Below are positions 56,398-64,000 of a stretch of DNA of 64,000 nt, piece by piece. The stretch lies in the IMG/VR virus record IMGVR_UViG_3300045988_036168. One strand, given 5' to 3'. The DNA comes from a virus. How positions within the stretch are numbered: position 1 is the first letter of the stretch; every line of letters starts with the position of its first letter. The position numbers and the translations under genes are program-made. Under the pieces are notes generated by a model that saw only the letters and a list, made by a program, of their open reading frames with translations, ran no database searches and was not told the origin of the DNA.

Positions 56398-57315
56398 ATG
56401 ATCTTCGGCAAAGACTTGGGACGTTCTGCCTTCTTTGCCGAAATCGGCTCGGAGGTTGAACGTCTGGACAGCATCCCCAGCAACTACACAAGCCTCGTCT
56501 GCATTGGGCAGGGCGTCAGCCTCACCGATACCGTAGGACGTGAGTATCGCATCGACCTGTTCATCTCGCCCACCGGCTGTATCGCCGTTCGGCTCCCCCC
56601 TCCCCTTGCCGGTGCGTCGCCGACCGACGCCGATCCCAAGCATCTACGCCGCGTTGCCTCCATTGTGCGGGCGTGGAGCGTGGAGCAGCTCAACGAGGTC
56701 TGTGCCGACCATTTCTACCACGCCGAAGGACAGGCCGCCGACATCATCGACGTCCTCGTTCGCGCCGGTCTTGCGGGTTTCTCCGACAAAGGCAATGTCA
56801 GCAAGGCTCTCGCCGCAACGCTGGCCGGTGGCGAATTACTCTTCGAGGTCATCGACTCAGCCTCCGCACACAAGGTCTTTACCAGCCGTGAACTCATTGA
56901 CCGATTCTCTGCCGCAAAAGGCGTTGACCCAGACGACGTGACCGAGTTCATCGGTGCCCTCGAAGTCATGGACGGCTTCAGCGCCGTCTCCATCGGCCGC
57001 GAGATCATCGTTCAATATGCTCCGCTCGGCGACGGCCGCCCGTACCAGCTCTTCAAGTTCACCATCGGGCAGCATCGCTCGGACGTGGTGGCCGAGCCCC
57101 GTGTCACCCGACACCAGCTCCAGAGCAACGGGCGAGGTCCTGCCGAGGCCGACAGTTTCTTTGAGGCCCTCATTCCCTATGCGGACACGGCCTCAATGCA
57201 GCCTGCACCAGACGGCTCCATCAGTGTCTTGCCTCTCAGCATTGACGCCCTGATGGATGGCACGATGGGGCTTGTGGCAGCGGCCAGAGGCTTCGCAAAA
57301 GCAGTCTCGCAATAA
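56398..57315 (+). CDS. hypothetical 305-aa protein co-transcribed with repressor
   Basis: ATG 3 nt after repressor stop; no motif recognised. Confidence 0.6.
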   Translation: MIFGKDLGRSAFFAEIGSEVERLDSIPSNYTSLVCIGQGVSLTDTVGREYRIDLFISPTGCIAVRLPPPLAGASPTDADPKHLRRVASIVRAWSVEQLNEVCADHFYHAEGQAADIIDVLVRAGLAGFSDKGNVSKALAATLAGGELLFEVIDSASAHKVFTSRELIDRFSAAKGVDPDDVTEFIGALEVMDGFSAVSIGREIIVQYAPLGDGRPYQLFKFTIGQHRSDVVAEPRVTRHQLQSNGRGPAEADSFFEALIPYADTASMQPAPDGSISVLPLSIDALMDGTMGLVAAARGFAKAVSQ

Positions 57316-57325
57316 AAACACATAC

Positions 57326-57349
57326 GGGGCATCGCAGCAGCGGTGCCCC
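57326..57349 (+). terminator. GC-rich hairpin after the lysogeny operon
   Basis: GGGGCATCGC-AGCA-GCGGTGCCCC; no U-tract on plus strand. Confidence 0.35.
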
Positions 57350-57364
57350 AAAACTATATCTAAC

Positions 57365-57416
57365 GGTTACGTTACGTTTACGGTATAGGTTACGGTTACG
57401 GTATGGTTACGGTTAT
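57365..57416. repeat. Hexanucleotide tandem array (GGTTAC)n, copy B
   Basis: GGTTAC and degenerate units; 57378-57401 identical to 12302-12325. Confidence 0.85.
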
Positions 57417-57420
57417 ACAC

Positions 57421-57452
57421 GGAACGTCCGTGGATTTTTGGTCGGACGTTCC
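57421..57452. repeat. Perfect 10-bp inverted repeat with 12-bp spacer, 32 bp upstream of int (attP-core or operator candidate)
   Basis: GGAACGTCCG-TGGATTTTTGGT-CGGACGTTCC. Confidence 0.6.
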
Positions 57453-57483
57453 TATGGAATATCCCGAAAAAGGAGGACTTCGT

Positions 57484-59202
57484 ATGGCTTCTCGCATCGC
57501 CGAGAAACTGGCCGCGAAGAAGGCGGCCATCTATATTCGCGTTTCTACTCATTGGCAGGTGGACAAAGACTCCCTCAAAGTTCAGCGCCGCGAACTTATC
57601 GCCTATGTCACGCTGGTGCTGGGCATCACCGACTACGTCGTGTTTGAAGACCCCGGCTACTCGGCCAAGAACACAGACCGCCCAGAATATCAGGCCATGA
57701 TGGATCGCATCCGCGCAGGCGAGTTTACCCACCTTGTCGTCTGGAAGATTGACCGTATCAGCCGCAACCTGATTGACTTCGCCGCCATGCACGACGAACT
57801 GCAGTCCCTCGGTGTCACCTTCGTCTCCAAGAACGAGCAGTTCGACACCTCCTCCGCCATCGGTGAGGCCATGATGCGCATTATCCTGATTTTCGCCGAG
57901 CTGGAGCGCAAGACCACCGCCGAGCGCGTCACGGCCGTCATGCTCTCCCGTGCCTCAGACGGTCAATGGAATGGTGGCCGTGTTCCCTTCGGCTATTCGT
58001 GGTCGAAGGAAACAAAGACATTCTCCATCGTCCCCGAGGAGGCAAAGGCCATCCGCCGCATGGCCGAACTGTACGAGCAGTACCAGTCCTTGCTCTATGT
58101 CGCCAAGTACCTCAACGACGCCGGTATCGTCACGAAGACGGGCGGCCAATGGACGCCAACCACGGTGCGCACCATCCTGACAAACCCGTGGTACATCGGC
58201 CAGTATGTCTATAACGTCCACTCAGACGGCAAGGGCATCGAGAAGCGCGACTCTGACGAATGGATCACCGTCGAGAACCACCACGAACCCATTCTGAACG
58301 AAGATGTATTCTGCCGCATGAAGTTCCTGCTGACTCGGAACAAGCGCGGCGGCGTTCCCTCTCACAAAACATACGTCAGGAAGAACATCCACGTCTTTGC
58401 TGGCCTGCTCCGCTGCGGTCAGTGCGGCTCCAACATGACAGCCAACCTCGACCGGCGGCGAGCGAACGGCTTCCGCCCCTCCCAATACGCCTGCGGCAGC
58501 CGGCGGCGCAAAGGAACCTCCTGCACCAACAAGTACATCTCCGACACCACGCTCGGCCCGTTCGTCCTGAACTACGTCGCCAACATCATCAGAGCCTCCA
58601 AGAACTTTTCTGAGACCACGACGCCCGATGTTCTGGAGCGTAAGCTGCTCCGCGGCGAAGCGTTCGAGGACGTGGCCTCCGTCAGCACCGACGCTCTGGG
58701 CCAGCTTCTCGATGCGTTCCGATCCGCCGGTGACGCCGTGGAGTACCGCCCGCAAATCGCCTTCTCCGGTGATGACAACTCCATCCGTGAAATTGACACC
58801 CTCCGCGCTCGGCGCCGCAAGCTCGACAACGCCCTCGCTCGTTTGAACGCCCTGTACCTCTACGACGACGAAGCCATGCCAGAGAAAGACTTCGTCATGC
58901 AGCGCGGCCAGATCACCAAACAGCTCGAAGAAGTCAATGCCCGCATTGAGGAACTGCAGAACCAAGAGTCCAGCGAGGAACTGGGCGACGACTTCATCGG
59001 CAAGGCCAGCTACTACATCATGGCGAACAAGCTGATCGAAGACCGCTACATCGACTACGAGAAGTACATCCGAGCCATTGACCCCTCTATCCCGCGCAGC
59101 TTCCTCCAGCAGATCATAGACCACATCGTCGTGAACGATGGCCGCGTCACCTCCATCACATTCAAGAACGGTGCGACCCACACATTCACCTACAAGACAT
59201 GA
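57484..59202 (+). CDS. int: large serine recombinase (integrase)
   Basis: Start MASRIAEK (AGGAGG 57471-57476); AAIYIRVSTHWQ catalytic Ser region, recombinase domain, CGQCGSNM zinc ribbon, C-terminal coiled coil. Confidence 0.9.
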   Translation: MASRIAEKLAAKKAAIYIRVSTHWQVDKDSLKVQRRELIAYVTLVLGITDYVVFEDPGYSAKNTDRPEYQAMMDRIRAGEFTHLVVWKIDRISRNLIDFAAMHDELQSLGVTFVSKNEQFDTSSAIGEAMMRIILIFAELERKTTAERVTAVMLSRASDGQWNGGRVPFGYSWSKETKTFSIVPEEAKAIRRMAELYEQYQSLLYVAKYLNDAGIVTKTGGQWTPTTVRTILTNPWYIGQYVYNVHSDGKGIEKRDSDEWITVENHHEPILNEDVFCRMKFLLTRNKRGGVPSHKTYVRKNIHVFAGLLRCGQCGSNMTANLDRRRANGFRPSQYACGSRRRKGTSCTNKYISDTTLGPFVLNYVANIIRASKNFSETTTPDVLERKLLRGEAFEDVASVSTDALGQLLDAFRSAGDAVEYRPQIAFSGDDNSIREIDTLRARRRKLDNALARLNALYLYDDEAMPEKDFVMQRGQITKQLEEVNARIEELQNQESSEELGDDFIGKASYYIMANKLIEDRYIDYEKYIRAIDPSIPRSFLQQIIDHIVVNDGRVTSITFKNGATHTFTYKT

Positions 59203-59207
59203 GAAAA

Positions 59208-59236
59208 GCCCCGGCCTCATATACTGAGGTCGGGGC
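59208..59236 (+). terminator. hairpin terminator after int
   Basis: 12-bp stem GCCCCGGCCTCA/TGAGGTCGGGGC (one G.U), 5-nt loop. Confidence 0.5.
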
Positions 59237-59593
59237 CATCTTATGCAGTCTATGCAGTATCGCCGCAACATTATGCGTCAAAAAAGTTGTTCAATTTTAT
59301 AAGCATCCCCTCAAAGCTAACGATGCGTGATGCTTTCCGGTTATCCACGCGGCTTTTTCTGCTTTTTGCGCCGGTTAAGCCGTTTTCCTCGAAAACCTTT
59401 ATTTTTCGGGCTTTTCGCCGTTTTCAGCCTTGGATGGCATCACGTCTCCAATGAACATCGCATCACCGATGCTCACGCGAAGTGTGATTTTCGGATTTTC
59501 TGCATAGTAATTCATCGTTCCCTCCATACTTTGCAGATGCAAGGCGCAGCAGTCAAGACCGCCGCGCCACATTCTGCAATCTTTCTCGTATTT

Positions 59594-59812
59594 TCAGACG
59601 GTGGGTGTCTGGGGCTGCTTCCCTATTTCGGAGCAGAACGCCAGATAGTCGTCCACTGCCTTATGAAACTCTTCCTCCAAGCCCTCTGCATTTGCGGACT
59701 CGAAGTTCACTAAGTCGTTGATGCCGAGGAGCCTTCCGAAGAAGGCCCCGTCCTCGGCGGAGTATTCGGGCCTTGCCGAATACCCCTTGTACGTCATCGC
59801 TGCCTGCTCCAT
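59594..59812 (-). CDS. HicB-like antitoxin-fold protein (no HicA seen)
   Basis: YKGYSARPEYSAEDGAFFGRLLGINDLVNFESANAEGLEEEFHKAVDDYLAFC pattern. Confidence 0.55.
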   Translation of the reverse strand: MEQAAMTYKGYSARPEYSAEDGAFFGRLLGINDLVNFESANAEGLEEEFHKAVDDYLAFCSEIGKQPQTPTV

Positions 59813-59815
59813 AGT

Positions 59816-60091
59816 TCAGAACAGGTCACTGTGGGTTCCAGTTCTGGACAGCAGCAGCAAAAGCTCCTGCTCCCTGTACTGGTACACCAGCAGCCAATCG
59901 GGCGTGATATGGCACTCACGGAAACCGCCGTAATCGCCGGTCAGGAGGTGGTCTTTGTACTTCTCGTCGAGCTTCATGCCGTTGGCAAGCAATTCGATCA
60001 CCTCGAAAATAAGCCTCTGGTCGTACCCACGTTTCTGCACCAGCTTCATATCCTTCTTGAAGCGGGTGGACATCCTCACATCGTACTTCAT
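59816..60091 (-). CDS. yafQ: RelE/YafQ-family mRNA interferase toxin
   Basis: DHLLTGDYGGFRECHITPDWLLVYQ...GTHSDLF. Confidence 0.75.
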   Translation of the reverse strand: MKYDVRMSTRFKKDMKLVQKRGYDQRLIFEVIELLANGMKLDEKYKDHLLTGDYGGFRECHITPDWLLVYQYREQELLLLLSRTGTHSDLF

Positions 60092-60363
60092 GCCTCCAAA
60101 GCCCTCTTCAGGTCTTCCATACTGTGGAAGGTCTCATACTGCTCAGGGTGGTTTACCATGTCATCAGCTTCCCGCATAGCGGCGATGGTGTCCGCATTGG
60201 GAACCTCGCGCTGAATGGAAAACGGGATGCAATTCTCGCGGATCGACTGCCGCAGAAAGATGTTGATTGCGGTGGACAGGTCAAGGCCGAAGTCTGCGAA
60301 CAGAGCTTGAGCCTGTGCTTTCACATCGGCGTCAATGGAAATGCTGGTTGATACTTTCGCCAT
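60088..60363 (-). CDS. dinJ: RelB/DinJ-family antitoxin
   Basis: ISIDADVKAQAQALFADFGLDLSTAINIFLRQ; overlaps toxin start by 4 nt. Confidence 0.75.
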   Translation of the reverse strand: MAKVSTSISIDADVKAQAQALFADFGLDLSTAINIFLRQSIRENCIPFSIQREVPNADTIAAMREADDMVNHPEQYETFHSMEDLKRALEA

Positions 60364-60486
60364 CTGAAATCACTCCTTTAATTTCTTTGAGTATATTATA
60401 TCATATTATACCTCGAAGTCAATATGTTATACATATTTTGTGGCAAGAAAGCAAAGAGGCCGGGAAAATCCCGGCCTCTCCCCTAC

Positions 60487-60759
60487 TCAGTCTTCGGTTT
60501 TCAAGGTGCCAACGCACCGCCGAACATCGTTGACGGCGTAGATGGCATCCACCACTCGGCAATCTCCAGCCAGACGGTCGAGGTCATCCGACACCTTCCT
60601 GATGGCGTCCCAAAGGGCATAGAAGGCATCCGTTGCCATGTCGGCTCGCGCTCTGTCAGCCGGCGCCACATCCAGCTCCAGATAGGTATTCTCGAAAGCA
60701 AACATGATGGCCTCCACCTTTGCGATGTCGAAAATTGCCTCGTTCAGATTTCTGTTCAT
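60487..60759 (-). CDS. hypothetical protein
   Basis: Start MNRNLN (RBS AAGGAG). Confidence 0.4.
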   Translation of the reverse strand: MNRNLNEAIFDIAKVEAIMFAFENTYLELDVAPADRARADMATDAFYALWDAIRKVSDDLDRLAGDCRVVDAIYAVNDVRRCVGTLKTED

Positions 60760-60920
60760 TTTCTTTACTCCTTCGTGATGTATTGGCACTCGTACACCGG
60801 GGTAAAGACTTCATTCATAGCGGCACTGTCGGCTGCTCTCATGGGTGGGGAGTTGTTACGGGCCCTGTGCGAGCGTCGAGAGCAACGTCCGTGCCTCTTT
60901 TTTGCTTTCCGCTTCTGTAT

Positions 60921-61352
60921 TTACTTTGCAACGTGAGCCGTCACGAATCGGCCCAGCATTTCTCTCGCGTCCTCCACCCTGCCGGCAGCACAGACGTCGA
61001 AGATGTACGCGCAGTCCTTGGCTGACATGATATGCTCTGGTAGCGTGTCGTCGCGGATCGTGTCGAGGAACAGCTCCTCGCGCTCATGGAGTGTCAGGTG
61101 CGTCTCCCGAACTATGCGGCAAATCTGCTTTGCGAGGCGATCCGCAATGACTGGCTCAGCGTACACGCCGCTCGTGACGAAGTAGAACGTCAGCATTCCC
61201 AGCTTCAGGGCATCGGTGTATCGCTTCTCACTCTCAAGGATCTCAGCCATCTCCATCAGCCATTCGACAGCCTGCGCGATCTGGCCGGCGCGGATGCAGT
61301 CGTTGTACTGTCGTGCGGCGGCCTCGTAGCCACCGTGCTCGCCTGTTGTCAT
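60921..61352 (-). CDS. hypothetical protein
   Basis: Start MTTGEH (RBS GGAGGG). Confidence 0.4.
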   Translation of the reverse strand: MTTGEHGGYEAAARQYNDCIRAGQIAQAVEWLMEMAEILESEKRYTDALKLGMLTFYFVTSGVYAEPVIADRLAKQICRIVRETHLTLHEREELFLDTIRDDTLPEHIMSAKDCAYIFDVCAAGRVEDAREMLGRFVTAHVAK

Positions 61353-61451
61353 AGTCATTCCCTCCGTTATCAAAGAGGCCAAAAGCGTTCGCAAAGCCTC
61401 TGTATTTGTGATTATACCACCAGTAAATGTGATTGTGAAGTCAGGACACCG

Positions 61452-61676
61452 TCAGGAATCGCCTGAAGCCGTCAGTAACGTGTCCGTTTCATTTCCGTGG
61501 GTGTGTGGGTGGGTATCTGTAAAATCGTCGCACGCGGCCTCTACGCCGCTTTTACGCAGGCCGTCTATGATGGCCTCTTCCGATGGGAAGAAACGGAGAG
61601 CTGCCGACTCGTTTCCGTTGATACGCACCGACAGCTCTCCAGTATCAGGCCACGAAAACCGCAGCTCACTTTTCAT
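61452..61676 (-). CDS. hypothetical protein
   Basis: 74 aa, overlaps upstream stop. Confidence 0.35.
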   Translation of the reverse strand: MKSELRFSWPDTGELSVRINGNESAALRFFPSEEAIIDGLRKSGVEAACDDFTDTHPHTHGNETDTLLTASGDS

Positions 61677-62415
61677 CAGGGTCGTCCATCACGCACTGCT
61701 CCCCGTTGGGGAACATCTGACTTCCAATGCGATTGTACTCCTCGAAAATCTTGTCGAACGCCTCCTGCCAGACCTCGTCGTGGTCGTGCTCAACGCCGAC
61801 CGCTACATGGGCAAGTTCGTGTGCAAGGATTTCGACCGCGTTGGCGACCTCAAGGCTCGGCTTGACGAAGACAGCATCAGATCCATCATCGGCAAAGTCA
61901 GTCAGGCCGTACACGGGCTTGCCATCCTCTTCGTCGCGGATCTGCGGCTCCCAGTAAATCTCGCAGTCCTTGTCTGGGTACAACTTCTTGAACGCTCCCC
62001 AGACCATAGCGAACATATCGTTCTGGAACGGCGCGATCAGCCGGTTTTTCAGATCCAGCGGAGAGAGCCGCGTCTCCTCGTACATCCGCAGGCGCTCTCT
62101 GGTCTCTGCGAAGGCCCACGCCATCGTGTAGAGCAGGGCAACCACGCCCTCAATCGTATCAATGCCGTCGAACAGCCACTCAGAGGTCGCACACGAAAGC
62201 TCCAAATCGTCTTTGAGGCGTACATTCTCCAAGGTTTCGGGGCTGTACTTCTGCAGAATGTCCCGCGTCACGTTGCTCAGGGTCGCGTCTGAGAAGTCAG
62301 GCGCCGGCCCATAGCCGCGGACGTAAACCTCTTCGTCCTTGATGAACACCAAGTTCAGCGCCGCCTCCACATTGTCCTGCGGGTCGTCGGTCACAATGGG
62401 CACATACTTTTTCAT
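61666..62415 (-). CDS. zincin-like metallopeptidase-motif protein
   Basis: ILAHELAHVAVGVEH (HExxH) near C-terminus. Confidence 0.5.
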   Translation of the reverse strand: MKKYVPIVTDDPQDNVEAALNLVFIKDEEVYVRGYGPAPDFSDATLSNVTRDILQKYSPETLENVRLKDDLELSCATSEWLFDGIDTIEGVVALLYTMAWAFAETRERLRMYEETRLSPLDLKNRLIAPFQNDMFAMVWGAFKKLYPDKDCEIYWEPQIRDEEDGKPVYGLTDFADDGSDAVFVKPSLEVANAVEILAHELAHVAVGVEHDHDEVWQEAFDKIFEEYNRIGSQMFPNGEQCVMDDPDEK

Positions 62416-62678
62416 TTCGCTTCCTCCTTCTCCTGCTCCCAGCGCAGGAACTCAACGCTTCCGATGACCCACTTCAGGGTCTTCCCGCCGTACATTTTCT
62501 GCAACTGCTCAAACACGTTTTCGGGGACGCTGAAGCTGTCGCAGACGCAGACCGCCGGCACCTCGCCACGGCTGTTGCGCACCAGTACCAGATCATCCTT
62601 CTTCAAGTCTCTCTCCTCGGGTACTCCGAAAAGGTAGTGCTGCGCATCGTTCAGGTGATGCACGATGACGATTTTCAT
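62412..62678 (-). CDS. hypothetical protein
   Basis: 88 aa, overlapping stop/start. Confidence 0.4.
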   Translation of the reverse strand: MKIVIVHHLNDAQHYLFGVPEERDLKKDDLVLVRNSRGEVPAVCVCDSFSVPENVFEQLQKMYGGKTLKWVIGSVEFLRWEQEKEEAK

Positions 62679-63016
62679 TTGAAATCACCTCCTTCGTCGC
62701 GGATCAAGCCTTGCATACGGGCCGCAGACAGCAGTTCTCCGAGCACCGCCTGCATCTTCCGAGGCCGATCCTCTTCGCTGGCACGGTTTGCCTCCGCAGC
62801 CCGCCACGCCAGTTGGCTGAGCACCCCTCTCAGGTGGATCATCCGGTCGTGGTCTTCCTTGGCAGAGGCAGCCATTCGCAACGCCTCCGCCATATCCTCG
62901 TTGTTCCGTCTGGCCGTGTCGTAACGGGTAATGCCAGTCTCCTGATAGTTCTGGAACGCCGTGTCAGCCTTGCGCTGATACCGTTCCGCCAGCTCCAACA
63001 ATTTCTTTTCGTCCAT
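62675..63016 (-). CDS. hypothetical protein
   Basis: 113 aa helical. Confidence 0.4.
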   Translation of the reverse strand: MDEKKLLELAERYQRKADTAFQNYQETGITRYDTARRNNEDMAEALRMAASAKEDHDRMIHLRGVLSQLAWRAAEANRASEEDRPRKMQAVLGELLSAARMQGLIRDEGGDFK

Positions 63017-63029
63017 GTCTTGCTCCTTT

Positions 63030-64000
63030 CTACACCGCCACCATGTCCAGCAGGGCGGCCATTGTCGTGATGGTGTCGCCTACTTTGGCGACGTATTCGG
63101 GGAAGTTTGCCCTTGCAACAGCCGCAGCCATCGGCGGGCAGACGGCGTTGCCACAGCGGGCGACCTGTTCGTTCTTCGGGTACGGGTTGCCCATGTAATC
63201 GCGGTCGATGATGTAATCGGGTGGGAACCCCATCGCATTGTAAAGCTCTCTCGGGGAGAGCATCCGCAGGCCGATGTCTGCGATGAAGTAGAGCGTCCCG
63301 CCGATGCTCAGAAGCAGCAGGTCGTCATCGGCCAGCTTATAACCGCAGTAGCGGTTCAGCAGTTCGCGGATCAGCGGCCAACGATACAGGTTCTCGTCCG
63401 GGCCAGCCTTGCAAAGCAGCGTGTCGCAGAGGGCGAAGGTTCCTCCGCCGCAAGCCTTTTTCTGGCCCGCGCCTGCCGTTACGGTCTGCATCGGTTCTGC
63501 AGGGCTGCTCCCCAAGTTGTCTCCCTTGAACTTCACCACATGGGCCGCGCACACCGCATTGTGGTCGATGGCCGTCACCGTCGGAAGCGGCTCTTCCATC
63601 TTCTCGCCGACCACACCGCTGTAATACTTCACCAGATTTGCGCAGGTCAGACCGTAGCGGTTCGAGGCATCCACGGTGGGGATTGGAGCGCCGAGGCCAG
63701 AGGCTCGGACGTTTTCTGTCTGCTCGGTATGGTACTGAATGAGCGAGGGCGCCACGATACCGCCCGTATGCTTGGCGGTAATGGTTTTGTATGGGCCACG
63801 CACATCGGCGACGTGGCCGCCTCCTGCGTGATTACATTCGGCCAGATATGGGGTTACAAGCATCTGGTTCCCTGCTGTCGTCACGGTATGTACCGGATCA
63901 CCGGCAGGCGCTCCGACGCTGTTGCTGGTGTTCGTCGCCGTGAACGGTGCCAGCACCGGCTTGCAGAGGTTGTGCTTGCCGCTCCCGACCACCGTAGGCA
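63030..64000 (-). CDS. DNA (cytosine-5) methyltransferase, C-terminal part (5' end beyond window), long repeat-containing target-recognition region
   Basis: RMLSPRELYNAMGFP and GNAVCPP (motifs IX-X); frame open to nt 64000; five P..T(V/I)(T/D)A units upstream. Confidence 0.8.
   Translation of the reverse strand, partial: PTVVGSGKHNLCKPVLAPFTATNTSNSVGAPAGDPVHTVTTAGNQMLVTPYLAECNHAGGGHVADVRGPYKTITAKHTGGIVAPSLIQYHTEQTENVRASGLGAPIPTVDASNRYGLTCANLVKYYSGVVGEKMEEPLPTVTAIDHNAVCAAHVVKFKGDNLGSSPAEPMQTVTAGAGQKKACGGGTFALCDTLLCKAGPDENLYRWPLIRELLNRYCGYKLADDDLLLLSIGGTLYFIADIGLRMLSPRELYNAMGFPPDYIIDRDYMGNPYPKNEQVARCGNAVCPPMAAAVARANFPEYVAKVGDTITTMAALLDMVAV

Noticed and set aside
57484-59202. Serine recombinase as a Gin/Cin-type invertase switching tail-fibre genes
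   Set aside because: The protein is a ~570-aa large serine recombinase with a zinc ribbon and coiled coil. The repeated modules at 12.3 kb and 57.4 kb are in direct, not inverted, orientation and do not flank the fibre genes.
57316-59330. Prophage-host junction at the integrase
   Set aside because: Genes on both sides look phage-like (TA, methylase, small early genes to the right). No host tRNA, housekeeping gene or obvious att duplication was seen, so no boundary could be called.
59401-59513. 37-aa ORF with a GGAGGG RBS downstream of the HicB-like gene as the missing HicA toxin
   Set aside because: The sequence (MNYYAENPKITLRVSIGDAMFIGDVMPSKAENGEKPEK) has no HicA-like features, and coding status is uncertain.

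Overview
The whole 64-kb window reads as one temperate phage or prophage with a contractile tail (myovirus type). About 95% of genes are on the minus strand and no host flank is visible. In minus-strand transcription order (right to left) it contains:
- a C5 DNA methyltransferase and small early genes
- dinJ-yafQ plus a hicB-like gene
- a large serine integrase (+)
- a cI-like/cro-like switch
- recombination and replication genes (PD-(D/E)XK exonuclease, SSAP, replisome organiser, DnaC-like loader, RusA, HNH, SSB)
- a radical-SAM-like Gp37/Gp68 protein, RtcB RNA ligase and a sigma/ArpU-like regulator
- a block of unknowns
- MetK, DUF488, a tRNA/tRNA-like array, MTA/SAH nucleosidase, a Dam-like methylase and a ParB-like protein
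- terminase, a 1201-aa portal fused to Nudix, ADP-ribosyltransferase-like and JAB-like domains, and MuF
- head, neck, sheath and tube genes, a chaperone with a -1 frameshift, tape measure and baseplate
- several tail-fibre-type genes
- a diversity-generating retroelement (DGR).

Most notable observations:
1. The DGR serves two variable repeats, one in the adjacent gene and one 46 kb away in an early-operon protein.
2. There are five tandem tRNA-shaped elements, three of them non-canonical tRNA-Gly-like paralogues.
3. The phage carries a SAM-cycle gene set.
4. The portal is polyvalent.
5. A (GGTTAC)n plus inverted-repeat module occurs twice.

No lysis cassette, rRNA or CRISPR array was seen. 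All calls come from reading the sequence and ORF translations by eye. No database search was run, and family names are from memory.
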